From Cloacibacterium rupense (lineage in GTDB: Bacteria > Bacteroidota > Bacteroidia > Flavobacteriales > Weeksellaceae), in contig NZ_BMLV01000001.1 in the NCBI RefSeq assembly GCF_014645495.1, positions 291,996 to 355,995 of the forward strand: a stretch of 64,000 nucleotides of DNA. The letters run 5' to 3'. The notes under the pieces are model-generated. The model saw nothing but the letters and a program-made list of their open reading frames with translations, searched no databases and was not told where the DNA came from. Positions 8,632 to 17,690 of this stretch are shown here, piece by piece. Positions within the stretch are counted from its first letter, which is position 1. Each line of letters begins with the position of its first letter. The position numbers and the translations under genes are program-made.

Positions 8632-11424
8632 ATGAAGAATTTCTATATCTTACTCTTTGTGCATCTTTTTTTGAACGGTTTTTCGCAGAACGAACAACGA
8701 TATTATGCGGGAAATTTCTACAACAAAAAAGACAAACCAGAAAATAATCTGAAGGTAACCAACAAAAATTCAGGGAATTATGAATTTTCAGATCAATACG
8801 GTTTTGTAATTATTCCTGCAAAAGTAGGCGATACTTTGGTTTGGAACAAAAAAAATTTCAGAGTAATACAAAACTATGAATTACAAGAAATTACCAGTAT
8901 TCTAGCTTCAAGAAAGCAAATGAACTCTACTACCGAACAAATAAATGTTTCTTATTTAGAAAAAATAAAAGTTGATTTTAAGAAAAATACAGACAATTCA
9001 GATTATCTGTTTTCCTCAAAAAAAGGAAAAAAACTAAATAATGGAAATTTGAGTAGTTTTTCTAACTATAAAACCGTTAAAGAGGAAGATAGCGTTTTTA
9101 TTTTTAAGAAAAAGAAGTCTTCAAATATCAAATTGAATGGCTCTTTTCAAAGTTGGGTAGAAATCGGTTCTGCTAATGCTTTACCAATAACTCAAAACCA
9201 ATTTGTACAAGGTAGAAATTCTAATGGTAATCTAATTTGGAGAGGTGCAGAAACTGATGAAATGTTCAGTTTCGGACCAGATATTTCTACCTTGAGTTTT
9301 GATGGAAATCCTTATGAATACGATATAAACGGAAAATTAGTTCTGTTGCAAAATGGACTGAAATCTGCCAAAGTTTATAAAAACAGAATCTTACAAAATT
9401 CTATTAAAACTTCTAATCAATTTACTTTGAATACAGCAATTACTGTTGCAGATTTACATTTATTTACCACAAAATTAGATTTGGGAAACACCAAAGAAAA
9501 TTCACTTTTTAGAGATAATTTTACCAATAATAATCATTTGAATGTGAATGTTTTTAGAAATTTTGATGACATCAAAGTAACTTTTGGTTATAAATTAAAT
9601 CAGGAAAAAGCGACTAACAGCAACAGAATAGGTTATTTTAATAGATTATTTCAAAATGCTTTACTTACGCCTATTTCATTTTCTAATGAACAGGGAAATT
9701 TATTAGGAAACAAACAACGCAGTTACAATAGTTTTGCAGATAATCCATATTATTTACTTCAACAAAATAATAAGTATAACTATATTGATAATCAGAATAA
9801 TATATCTTTAAATATAGAAAAAATTAAAGGAAATTTGAAATTTTTTATCAATCAAGCGTATGAAAAAATTTCTACTAAAAATATAGATTTTTACAATCCT
9901 TTTACTGTTGGTTTTTACAGCGGTTTAAATTCTGAAAGACTGCAAAATTTTGAAAATTATAACCTCAATTTCGGCGCTAATTACAGTTTTGGAAATTATA
10001 ATGCTCGTTCTTCTTTTTTCTTTAATAGCTTGATTAATAGTGCTAAAAACGAAATTAATTATCTTCAATTCAATCAAAATAATCAATACAACAGAATTGC
10101 ACAAGATTATATTTTGAAATACAATTTCGATTTTAGAGATAATCAATTTAAATTTAATATAGATGCCGCTAATTCTTTTTATATTTCAAATACTTCAAAA
10201 TCAGAATCTTATTGGTTGCCAAAATTGAATTTTTCAGTAAATTTAGATGATGTTTTTGATAATTATTCATATCATAATTTCAAAATTTTTGGAGCTTATA
10301 ATGAATCTGTAAACGAAATCAGCATTAATAAATCTTTTGCAAATTTTGCGACAACGCAGATTTTGCCTTCTCAAATTTCAAGTTATTTTCCATTAAAAGA
10401 AGTGGTGAGTTTTAAGAATTTAGAACCCATAAAAACCATAGAAAAGAAAGTAGGATTGCAATATAATTTACTGCGAAATAGAATTAATTTAGAAGCAGTT
10501 TATTTCCAAAAAACCTTTACTGATGATGTTTTTCCAACTTTTGAAAACGGAAATCTAATTTTGAAAAATATCGCCAATCATCAAAACAAAGGTTTTGAAT
10601 TAAACCTTCAACTCAATAATTTTTCTTTTGGAGATTCTTCTGAATTTAGAGACAATCACAAGATTACGTTCACCAAATACAGTTCAGAAGTTACCCAAGT
10701 TAATTCACAAAATCTATTCGTTCCGATTGCTGGTTTTAGCAACGTTTACAGAAGTTTGACAAAAGGTGAAGCTTTAGGTGTAATTGTTGGAACTGCTTAC
10801 AAAAGAGACAATTACGGAAATTTTGTGATAGGAAATGACGGTTTTCCGTTGGTTTCTCCAGATTTGAAAGTGATAGGAAATCCAATTCCAGATTTTGTCC
10901 TCAAATTTTCTCACGAATTTAAGTTGTATTATTTCAGTTTAAACATCGATTGGGAATGGAGAAAAGGTGGCGATGTTTGGAACGGAACCGCTGCAAACCT
11001 CGATTATTTCGGGCGTTCTCAAAATTCTGCCGAACAAAGAAACATCGCCAATTACACATTTTCTGGAGTTTTACAAAACGGAAATCCCAATTCTATTTTG
11101 GTAGATTTTTACAACGTAAATCAAAATTTTGAAAACAATCTTTGGTACAGATACGGTTACACTGGAGTTGCCGAAAATTACATTTCAAAAGCCACACAAA
11201 TTCGCTTAAATAACATTTTGCTTTCTTATACAATCAAGCGTAATATTTTGCCATTCAATGAGTTGAAACTTTCCGCTTCGGTTAATAATTTCATACTTTG
11301 GAGCAAATACAAAGGAGTAGATTCCACGCAAAATTTCTACAATTCTAGTGATGTGCAAGGTTTAGATTTCTACAATTTGCCTTCTGTGAAATCGTTTGCT
11401 TTCCAAATTGCTGTTAAATTTTAA
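8632..11424 (+). CDS. SusC/RagA-like outer-membrane beta-barrel protein with an N-terminal carboxypeptidase-regulatory-like domain but no TonB box or plug
   Basis: 930 aa. Signal peptide MKNFYILLFVHLFLNGFSQ, followed by a CarboxypepD_reg-like beta-sandwich (GNYEFSDQYGFVIIPAKVGDTLVW). Barrel-like features include NHQNKGFELNLQL and a C-terminal aromatic residue (…KSFAFQIAVKF). I could find neither a (D/E)xVVVxGYG TonB box nor the IRIRG/PLYVVDG/ITTKKG plug signature. Confidence 0.6.
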   Translation: MKNFYILLFVHLFLNGFSQNEQRYYAGNFYNKKDKPENNLKVTNKNSGNYEFSDQYGFVIIPAKVGDTLVWNKKNFRVIQNYELQEITSILASRKQMNSTTEQINVSYLEKIKVDFKKNTDNSDYLFSSKKGKKLNNGNLSSFSNYKTVKEEDSVFIFKKKKSSNIKLNGSFQSWVEIGSANALPITQNQFVQGRNSNGNLIWRGAETDEMFSFGPDISTLSFDGNPYEYDINGKLVLLQNGLKSAKVYKNRILQNSIKTSNQFTLNTAITVADLHLFTTKLDLGNTKENSLFRDNFTNNNHLNVNVFRNFDDIKVTFGYKLNQEKATNSNRIGYFNRLFQNALLTPISFSNEQGNLLGNKQRSYNSFADNPYYLLQQNNKYNYIDNQNNISLNIEKIKGNLKFFINQAYEKISTKNIDFYNPFTVGFYSGLNSERLQNFENYNLNFGANYSFGNYNARSSFFFNSLINSAKNEINYLQFNQNNQYNRIAQDYILKYNFDFRDNQFKFNIDAANSFYISNTSKSESYWLPKLNFSVNLDDVFDNYSYHNFKIFGAYNESVNEISINKSFANFATTQILPSQISSYFPLKEVVSFKNLEPIKTIEKKVGLQYNLLRNRINLEAVYFQKTFTDDVFPTFENGNLILKNIANHQNKGFELNLQLNNFSFGDSSEFRDNHKITFTKYSSEVTQVNSQNLFVPIAGFSNVYRSLTKGEALGVIVGTAYKRDNYGNFVIGNDGFPLVSPDLKVIGNPIPDFVLKFSHEFKLYYFSLNIDWEWRKGGDVWNGTAANLDYFGRSQNSAEQRNIANYTFSGVLQNGNPNSILVDFYNVNQNFENNLWYRYGYTGVAENYISKATQIRLNNILLSYTIKRNILPFNELKLSASVNNFILWSKYKGVDSTQNFYNSSDVQGLDFYNLPSVKSFAFQIAVKF

Positions 11425-11437
11425 AAACTATCTGAAA

Positions 11438-14400
11438 ATGAAAACTTTACAATATATTTTTCTTTTCCTTTTTGCATTCCAATGTTCATTTGCACAAAAA
11501 TCTTACAAAAATTATTATTCTGAATACGAAAGTATTCCTAATTATCTGAAATCTAATGAAGAAGCAGAACTTTTTTATCAATTATTTGCCAAAAAAGTAA
11601 AATCTGATTACAAAAAAGAAAAGGTTTATGCACAAACCAACCACGTTTTTTTCAAACCGGGAGAAGAACTTTTTTACAAAATTTTGGTGGTAAATGCAGA
11701 AAATAATTCGCCAAGTTTTTTGAGTAAAATAGTAACCGTAGAAATGATAGATCCTTCTGGAACGGTAGTAAATAAAAGAAAATTGCAAGTTCTGAATGGT
11801 TATGCGAAAGGAAATTTCTATTTTCCTGCAGATGTAAAAGGAGGAATTTATAAACTGCGAGTTTATACCAATTATATGCAAAACGAAATCGGGAAAAATT
11901 ATTTCGAAAAAGAACTGACGGTACAAAAAACATCTTCGCCAAGAATTTTAATGAAATTAGACTTCCCAAAAAAAGGATTAAGTGCTGGACAAGAAGTTTT
12001 GGCAGATTTTTCCCTTAAAAATTTGAATAATGAGGTAATTCCTTTTTATCAGTTTTCTTATGAAGTTTACATCGCAGGAAAAGAAGTTTTAAAAAACGAA
12101 GTTTCTACCAATAAAGAAGGTAAAATTCAATTGAAATTTAATTTGCCAAAAGATTTAGAAACCACTGATGTTTTACTCAATATTCGTGTAAATTACGATG
12201 GTTTCAAAGAGTCTATTTCTAGAAATGTACCTGTAACTTTGAATAAAGTAGATTTGTTTTTCTTCCCAGAAAGTGGGAGTTTAGCGAATGATATTTCAAC
12301 CAAAATCGCCTTCAAAGCTTTAAATGAATTTGGACAACCGGTAGATATAAAAGGAGAAATTTTAGACGAAAATCAACAAAAAATTTCAGAATTTGAAGCT
12401 TATAAATTCGGAATGGGAAAATTTAATTTTACTCCTAAAAATGGTAAAAAATATTTCGTAAAAATTCTTCAACCCAATATTTCAAAATTATACGAATTGC
12501 CTTCTGCAAAGGATAATACCGTGGTTTTGAATACTGAAAAATTCAATGGGAAAATTATTTTAAAAATTCAATCTAATGAAATTCAAAATTTAAAATTAAT
12601 CGGAAATTTTAGAAATAAAGAAGTTTTTAGCAAAGAATTTTCTTTACGCCAAAAAGAAGAAATCCAACTTGATGAAAAAAAATTTTCTTCCGGAATTTGC
12701 AGATTTACAGTATATAATACTGAAAATATACCACTTTGTGAACGAGTGATTTACCTTAATAAATCTCGTGAAATGCAAGTGAAAATCACACCGAATAAAA
12801 ATACTTTTATCCCAAGAGAAAAAGTAGAACTCAATATAGAAACGCTTGACGAAAACGGAAAACCAATTGCTGCAAATCTCGGTTTGAGTGTGATAGATGA
12901 CAAACTTTGGACGTATGCTGATGATAAACAAAACACCATATTTTCTTGGCTTCAAATGGATTCTGAAATTGCAGGAAAAATAGAAGAACCTTCATTTTAT
13001 TTCAAAAAAGACGAACCAAAAGCAGACGAAGCTTTGGATTTGGTAATGCTTACCAATGCGTACCGATATTTTGAATTATTGCCGGAAATTAAGGAAAATA
13101 AATTAATGAAATTTGAGTATGAAAAATCGAATTCTGTCTATGGAAAAGTAATTGATGAAAACGGTAAAGATATAGATGCAGAAGTGTTTTTGATGGATTA
13201 TAGTGCCGAACCAAAAGTTTTGAAACAAAGCACAAAAAAAGCGAGATTTTATTTCACCAATTTTCCTTCGGGTAGAGATTATCAATTGATTTCAAAACCT
13301 AAAAATAAGAAGCAAAAAATTTCAATTAAAGTTTTGGCATTTCATCTCGATGGAGAAATTATGGTTACTGAAAGCGAGCTAAAATCTTCACAAAAAGAAG
13401 GAAAAGAATTTGAAAAAATTGAAGAAAATTTTAAAGAAAGAGCTTTAGAAAAAATTCAAAATAAAACAGAAAATCAAGTTCAAGTTGAAAGCAAAAGATA
13501 TTACAGCGGTAAATCTGATTCAACTAAAATTAAAAACATTGAACAAGTAGTAGTGGTAGGTTATGGAATGGCGAAAAAAGAAGCATTAACAAGTTCTGTA
13601 GTTTCGGTTTCAAGAAATGAAATCAATGCCAATATTGTTCAATCGCTTTCTGGAAGAGTGGCAGGTTTAGAAATTACCCAAAATTCAGGAATTCCCGGAA
13701 GTGCTGCCAATATTAGAATTAGAGGAGCTGCTTCTCTCAACGGAAATCAACCGCTTTTTGTGATTGATGGCGTGATTGTAGATAAAATTGATACCAATAT
13801 CAATACCAATGATATTAAAAACATCAGCGTTCTAAAAGATGCGGCTGCAACTTCAATTTATGGAAGCAGAGCTGCAAATGGTGTAATCATTATCAATACC
13901 AACGATGGAATGCCTTACAATGCTAAACACATTAATTTTTCTAAAGATCATTTTGCGTATTTTAATATTTCTTCGGGTTATCTTAAAAATAGTGATAGTT
14001 ACGAGAGAGTTTTCACGTATCCAGTTTACCAAGATACCAAAACGCTTTTTAGAGATGATTTCAGAGAAACTATTTATTGGAATCCTGTCATTCAAACCGA
14101 TGAAAACGGAAAAGCAAAAGTAGAATTTTATAATTCTGATGCCAATACAACTTTCCGAATGATTACAGAAGGTGCTTCTTACAACGGTTTATTAGGAAGA
14201 GCAGAAAAAACGTATGCTGTGAAAAGTAATTTGCAAATAGATGCTAAAATTCCGCAATATATTACGATGGCAGATCAACCAGAAATTCCTTTGGTGATAA
14301 AAAATAACACGGATAAAATTAAAAGAATTAACCTTAATTATTTCTTGCCAAAAAATATAGGATTGTTGAAAAAAGACAGTTTGGTAATTCTTAACCCTAT

Positions 14401-16057
14401 GGAAAACAGAAGATTGCTTTTGCCTTTATTGGCTAATAGAAGTACTAATTCTAGTCTTCAAATTTCTGCAATTACAGATGATGAAAGAGAAACACAAGTG
14501 CTTCCGCTAAAAGTAGAACCGAAAGGTTTCCGTCATTTTATAGATTTTTCGGTAAATAAAGATACGGTTTATCAGTTCAATGTTTTGGATAGAACCATTG
14601 ATGATAATACGTTTTACCGATTGAGAATTTTTAGAAATACCGCTAATAGAATTTTGAATGATTTAGACAGATTGTTAGACGAACCTCACGGTTGTTTTGA
14701 GCAGACTTCTTCTACCACTTATCCTAATTATTTTGTTTTGCAATATTTAAAATCTAAAGGAAAGGTAGATGAAAAATTAGAACAAAAAGCGCTCAAAAAT
14801 TTGAAACACGGTTACAACAGATTGGTGAATTTTGAAACATCGGAAAATGGTTTTAGTCTTTTTGGTAGTAAACCAGCCAATGTAAGTCTCACTGCATTTG
14901 GTTTGATGGAATTTAATGATTTGAAAAATGTATTGAATGTAGATGAAAAAATGCTGGAAAGAACCAAAAAATTTGTTCTATCAAAGAGAAATCCAAATGG
15001 AACCTTCAACCTTTCTAATTATGAATCTTATTATGATAAAAAATCTGAATATTATTGGGCAAAACAAGCGTATATTTTGTATGCACTTTCTTCAATTGGT
15101 TTGAAGGATGAAATTTCTAAACAATATGAAGTAATTCTTAACCATAATAAAGCAACTGGCGATGCTTATCAAATGGCACTTTTGGCAAATGTAGCTTTTG
15201 ATTTAGGCAAAAAACAAGATTACAAAGTTTTGTCAGAAAAACTGTACCGAAAATTTTCTGATAATAAATTAAAATCGGAAGTCAATTTTATGGAAGGAAG
15301 TGGCAAATCTCTTTCTGCGGAAGTTTTGGCTTTGTATGCTATTTCTCTTTTGAAAAGCGACGAAGAGCAATTGAATTTAACCAAAGTAATCGATGCTTTA
15401 GAACTTTCTGATGGTTATTATTCTACTCAATCTAAAGTTTTGGTTTTGAAAGCTTTGTCAGAATATTATTCAAAATTTAATGTAAATTCTTCTAATGCTG
15501 AACCTACAGTAAAACTGAATGGAGAATTATTAAAAGAAGAACAATTGATAACCAATGATTTATTGAAAAAAGGACAAAACCAACTCGAAATTTCCTATCC
15601 AAAAGGAAAAGGTTTGCCTTTGAATTTTTATGCCAGTTATTTCTCGCTTCAACCACCAAAAGATGAAAATTCTACAATTTTTATGGAGGTTAATTTGTCT
15701 CAAAAAGAAGCAAAAATAGGTGATAATGTAAGAATGAATATTAAAATTGAGAACAAAGAAAACCGATATCTTGGAATGATTACTGCAAAAATTGGGATTC
15801 CTGCTGGTTTAACCATTCAACCAAAATTATTGAAGGATATGATTGAGAAAAAGCAAATTGCGTATTATGAAATTTTTGATAATTATTTGGTTTTGTATTG
15901 GTATAAATTAGAAGAAAAAGCAAGTATCAATCTCAATTTAGATTTAAAAGCAGAATTTTCTGGAAGATATATTGGGAAAGCCAACAAAGTTTATGAATAC
16001 TATAAACCCGAAAATTATCATTGGAAAGATGGAGTAGAGGTAAAAATTAATGACTAA
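11438..16057 (+). CDS. Alpha-2-macroglobulin-family protein (MG domains plus thioester domain) with an internal TonB box and SusC/RagA plug-signature insert
   Basis: Start moved to MKTLQYIFLFLFAFQCSFAQ (signal peptide). MG2-like N-terminus (KPGEELFYKILVV...GGIYKLRVYT) and an A2M-type LSVIDDKLW motif. The thioester region reads LLDEPHGCFEQTSSTTYPNYFVLQYL…FETSENGFSLFGSKPANVSLTAFGLMEF, alignable by eye to human A2M LLQMPYGCGEQNM…YKHYDGSYSTFG…WLTAFVLKTF. At nt 13541..13910 sits the insert EQVVVVGYGMAKKEALTSSVVSVSRNEINANIVQSLSGRVAGLEITQNSGIPGSAANIRIRGAASLNGNQPLFVIDGVIVDKIDTNINTNDIKNISVLKDAAATSIYGSRAANGVIIINTNDG. It comprises a TonB box plus the SusC/RagA signature. Confidence 0.7.
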   Translation: MKTLQYIFLFLFAFQCSFAQKSYKNYYSEYESIPNYLKSNEEAELFYQLFAKKVKSDYKKEKVYAQTNHVFFKPGEELFYKILVVNAENNSPSFLSKIVTVEMIDPSGTVVNKRKLQVLNGYAKGNFYFPADVKGGIYKLRVYTNYMQNEIGKNYFEKELTVQKTSSPRILMKLDFPKKGLSAGQEVLADFSLKNLNNEVIPFYQFSYEVYIAGKEVLKNEVSTNKEGKIQLKFNLPKDLETTDVLLNIRVNYDGFKESISRNVPVTLNKVDLFFFPESGSLANDISTKIAFKALNEFGQPVDIKGEILDENQQKISEFEAYKFGMGKFNFTPKNGKKYFVKILQPNISKLYELPSAKDNTVVLNTEKFNGKIILKIQSNEIQNLKLIGNFRNKEVFSKEFSLRQKEEIQLDEKKFSSGICRFTVYNTENIPLCERVIYLNKSREMQVKITPNKNTFIPREKVELNIETLDENGKPIAANLGLSVIDDKLWTYADDKQNTIFSWLQMDSEIAGKIEEPSFYFKKDEPKADEALDLVMLTNAYRYFELLPEIKENKLMKFEYEKSNSVYGKVIDENGKDIDAEVFLMDYSAEPKVLKQSTKKARFYFTNFPSGRDYQLISKPKNKKQKISIKVLAFHLDGEIMVTESELKSSQKEGKEFEKIEENFKERALEKIQNKTENQVQVESKRYYSGKSDSTKIKNIEQVVVVGYGMAKKEALTSSVVSVSRNEINANIVQSLSGRVAGLEITQNSGIPGSAANIRIRGAASLNGNQPLFVIDGVIVDKIDTNINTNDIKNISVLKDAAATSIYGSRAANGVIIINTNDGMPYNAKHINFSKDHFAYFNISSGYLKNSDSYERVFTYPVYQDTKTLFRDDFRETIYWNPVIQTDENGKAKVEFYNSDANTTFRMITEGASYNGLLGRAEKTYAVKSNLQIDAKIPQYITMADQPEIPLVIKNNTDKIKRINLNYFLPKNIGLLKKDSLVILNPMENRRLLLPLLANRSTNSSLQISAITDDERETQVLPLKVEPKGFRHFIDFSVNKDTVYQFNVLDRTIDDNTFYRLRIFRNTANRILNDLDRLLDEPHGCFEQTSSTTYPNYFVLQYLKSKGKVDEKLEQKALKNLKHGYNRLVNFETSENGFSLFGSKPANVSLTAFGLMEFNDLKNVLNVDEKMLERTKKFVLSKRNPNGTFNLSNYESYYDKKSEYYWAKQAYILYALSSIGLKDEISKQYEVILNHNKATGDAYQMALLANVAFDLGKKQDYKVLSEKLYRKFSDNKLKSEVNFMEGSGKSLSAEVLALYAISLLKSDEEQLNLTKVIDALELSDGYYSTQSKVLVLKALSEYYSKFNVNSSNAEPTVKLNGELLKEEQLITNDLLKKGQNQLEISYPKGKGLPLNFYASYFSLQPPKDENSTIFMEVNLSQKEAKIGDNVRMNIKIENKENRYLGMITAKIGIPAGLTIQPKLLKDMIEKKQIAYYEIFDNYLVLYWYKLEEKASINLNLDLKAEFSGRYIGKANKVYEYYKPENYHWKDGVEVKIND

Positions 16058-16062
16058 AAAAG

Positions 16063-16092
16063 TAGACTGACAGAAATGTCAGTTTATTTTTT
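16063..16092 (+). terminator. Terminator after the A2M-family gene
   Basis: The hairpin actgacagaaatgtcagt is followed by ttatttttttaatttatttt. Confidence 0.5.
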
Positions 16093-16165
16093 TAATTTAT
16101 TTTCAAAAATTATTGAAAGTTCAGGAATTTTATTTATCTTTGTCAAAGAAAATCAATCATTAATT

Positions 16166-16669
16166 ATGAAACTAGAAGAAGCCAAAGAAAAATACATTCA
16201 AACTTGGGGCACATTTGCCACCAATTGGGGAATTAATAGAACAATGGCACAAGTTCACGCTTTGCTTTTAGCTTCGGATAAACCACTTTCTACAGACGAA
16301 GTGATGGACGCATTACAAATTTCTAGGGGAAATGCTAATATGAATTTGCGTGATTTAATGAACTGGGGAATTGTAAGAAAAGAATTGGTAAAAGGAGAGA
16401 GGAAGGAATATTTCGTTGCAGATAAAGATGTTTGGTATCTTTTTAAACAAATTACCAAAGAACGCAGGAAAAGAGAAATAGAACCAGTTGTTTCGTTTTT
16501 AGAAGAACTTAAAAATATAGAAGACAATGATTCTAATGAAGCCAAGGAATTCATCAAATTAATGGAAGATTTCTCATCAGTTACTCAAAAAATCAACAAT
16601 ATTATGGATTTGGCGATAAAAAGTGATGATCATTGGTTAGTTGGGAAGATAACAAATTTGTTAAAATAA
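16166..16669 (+). CDS. GbsR/MarR-type winged-helix transcriptional regulator
   Basis: The start was moved to MKLEEAKEKYIQTWGTFATNWGINRTMAQVHALLLASDKPLSTDEVMDALQISRGNANMNLRDLMNWGIVRKELVKGERKEYF. The pattern matches small HTH regulators annotated as GbsR family in Flavobacteriia. Confidence 0.65.
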   Translation: MKLEEAKEKYIQTWGTFATNWGINRTMAQVHALLLASDKPLSTDEVMDALQISRGNANMNLRDLMNWGIVRKELVKGERKEYFVADKDVWYLFKQITKERRKREIEPVVSFLEELKNIEDNDSNEAKEFIKLMEDFSSVTQKINNIMDLAIKSDDHWLVGKITNLLK

Positions 16670-16671
16670 AA

Positions 16672-16740
16672 ACTTTGTCAAAGATTCCTTTGCTTCGCAA
16701 AAACTTTGACAAAGTATAAAAAGGAAGAATCCTTTTTTTA
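16672..16740. promoter_or_regulatory. Perfect 12-bp inverted repeat followed by a short hairpin/T-run, between the GbsR-type regulator gene and the DCC-family gene
   Basis: actttgtcaaag at 16672..16683 pairs with ctttgacaaagt at 16704..16715, separated by a 20-nt spacer. aaaaaggaagaatccttttttt then follows at 16718..16740. Confidence 0.4.
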
Positions 16741-16864
16741 TTTAAAATTAATTTTCAAAAATTACTGAAAATATTATAATTATGAAAAATATAATCATCT
16801 ATTTGTTTCTAATGCTTTACTTCGGGAGAAGTAAGAGAAGTGCGTTTAATCTTTAAAATTTATA

Positions 16865-17683
16865 ATGATGAAAACTCTTAAAAATCACACCCTTATTTAC
16901 GATAAAGATTGCCCAATGTGCGCTGTTTATTCATCGGCTTTTATCGGTTCAGGAATGTTAGACAAAAACGGAAGAGAAGCATTTTGCGAAATTTCTTTGG
17001 AAGACAAAAATCTTTTAGATTATAATAAAGCGAGAAATGAGATTGCTCTCATCAATCATCAAGAAAACAAGGTGATTTATGGTTTAGACAGTTTATTGCT
17101 CATTATCGGAAATTCTTTTCCATTGTTGGTGAAAATTGCAAAAATACAGCCATTGTATTGGTTTTTTCAGAAGCTTTATAAGTTGGTCTCATTTAATAGA
17201 AAACAGATTATTCCTTCTGTAAAAGATACTGAAAAAGATGCTTGTGTTCCTGATTTTAATCTAAAATACAGACTTCTTTACATTGGCTTTGTTGCTGTTC
17301 TTTCAGCCTTTGTTTTAAGTGAATTTTCTCCGAAATTATGGCAAAATCTTACCCCTAATTTTTATAGAGAATTAAGTGTTTGTTTGGCTCAGATTTTTTG
17401 GCAAACACTATTTTTGAAATCTTTTTTAAAAGATAATTTTTGGAATTATTTGGGAAATATGATGACGGTTTCTCTTCTGGGAACTTTATTGCTTATTCCT
17501 GCTTTGTTTCTCAATTTCAATGCGTTATTTTTTGGAGTTTACTTTTTTGCAGTAGTTTCAGTAATGTTTTTTGAGCATTTCAGGAGATGCAAAATCTTAA
17601 AATTAGGATTTCTGCCTACTTTCTCTTGGTTGATTTTCAGACTGACTTTAGCTTTACTAATTTTCGCAATATATTCAAAATAA
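16865..17683 (+). CDS. DCC-family thiol-disulfide oxidoreductase (DUF393-like) fused to a C-terminal polytopic membrane region
   Basis: N-terminus LIYDKDCPMCAVYSSAFIGSGMLD…IYGLDSLLLIIGNSFPLLVKIAKIQPLYWFFQKLYKLVSFNR (DCC motif CPxC). The C-terminal half is strongly hydrophobic. Confidence 0.6.
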   Translation: MMKTLKNHTLIYDKDCPMCAVYSSAFIGSGMLDKNGREAFCEISLEDKNLLDYNKARNEIALINHQENKVIYGLDSLLLIIGNSFPLLVKIAKIQPLYWFFQKLYKLVSFNRKQIIPSVKDTEKDACVPDFNLKYRLLYIGFVAVLSAFVLSEFSPKLWQNLTPNFYRELSVCLAQIFWQTLFLKSFLKDNFWNYLGNMMTVSLLGTLLLIPALFLNFNALFFGVYFFAVVSVMFFEHFRRCKILKLGFLPTFSWLIFRLTLALLIFAIYSK

Positions 17684-17690
17684 ACTAATT

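Noticed and set aside
8595-8632. Possibility that the anti-sigma-like gene and the SusC-like gene are one frameshifted gene, with the plug-like segment belonging to the barrel
   Set aside because: The downstream gene begins with its own ATG and a clear signal peptide followed by a CarboxypepD_reg domain. The upstream gene ends with an in-frame TAA. The two look like genuinely separate proteins. Sequencing error cannot be excluded without reads.
11396-11437. Track start of the A2M-family ORF at a TTG overlapping the preceding gene
   Set aside because: A canonical ATG followed by a signal peptide (MKTLQYIFLFLFAFQCSFAQ) occurs 14 codons downstream. The upstream part is probably untranslated.
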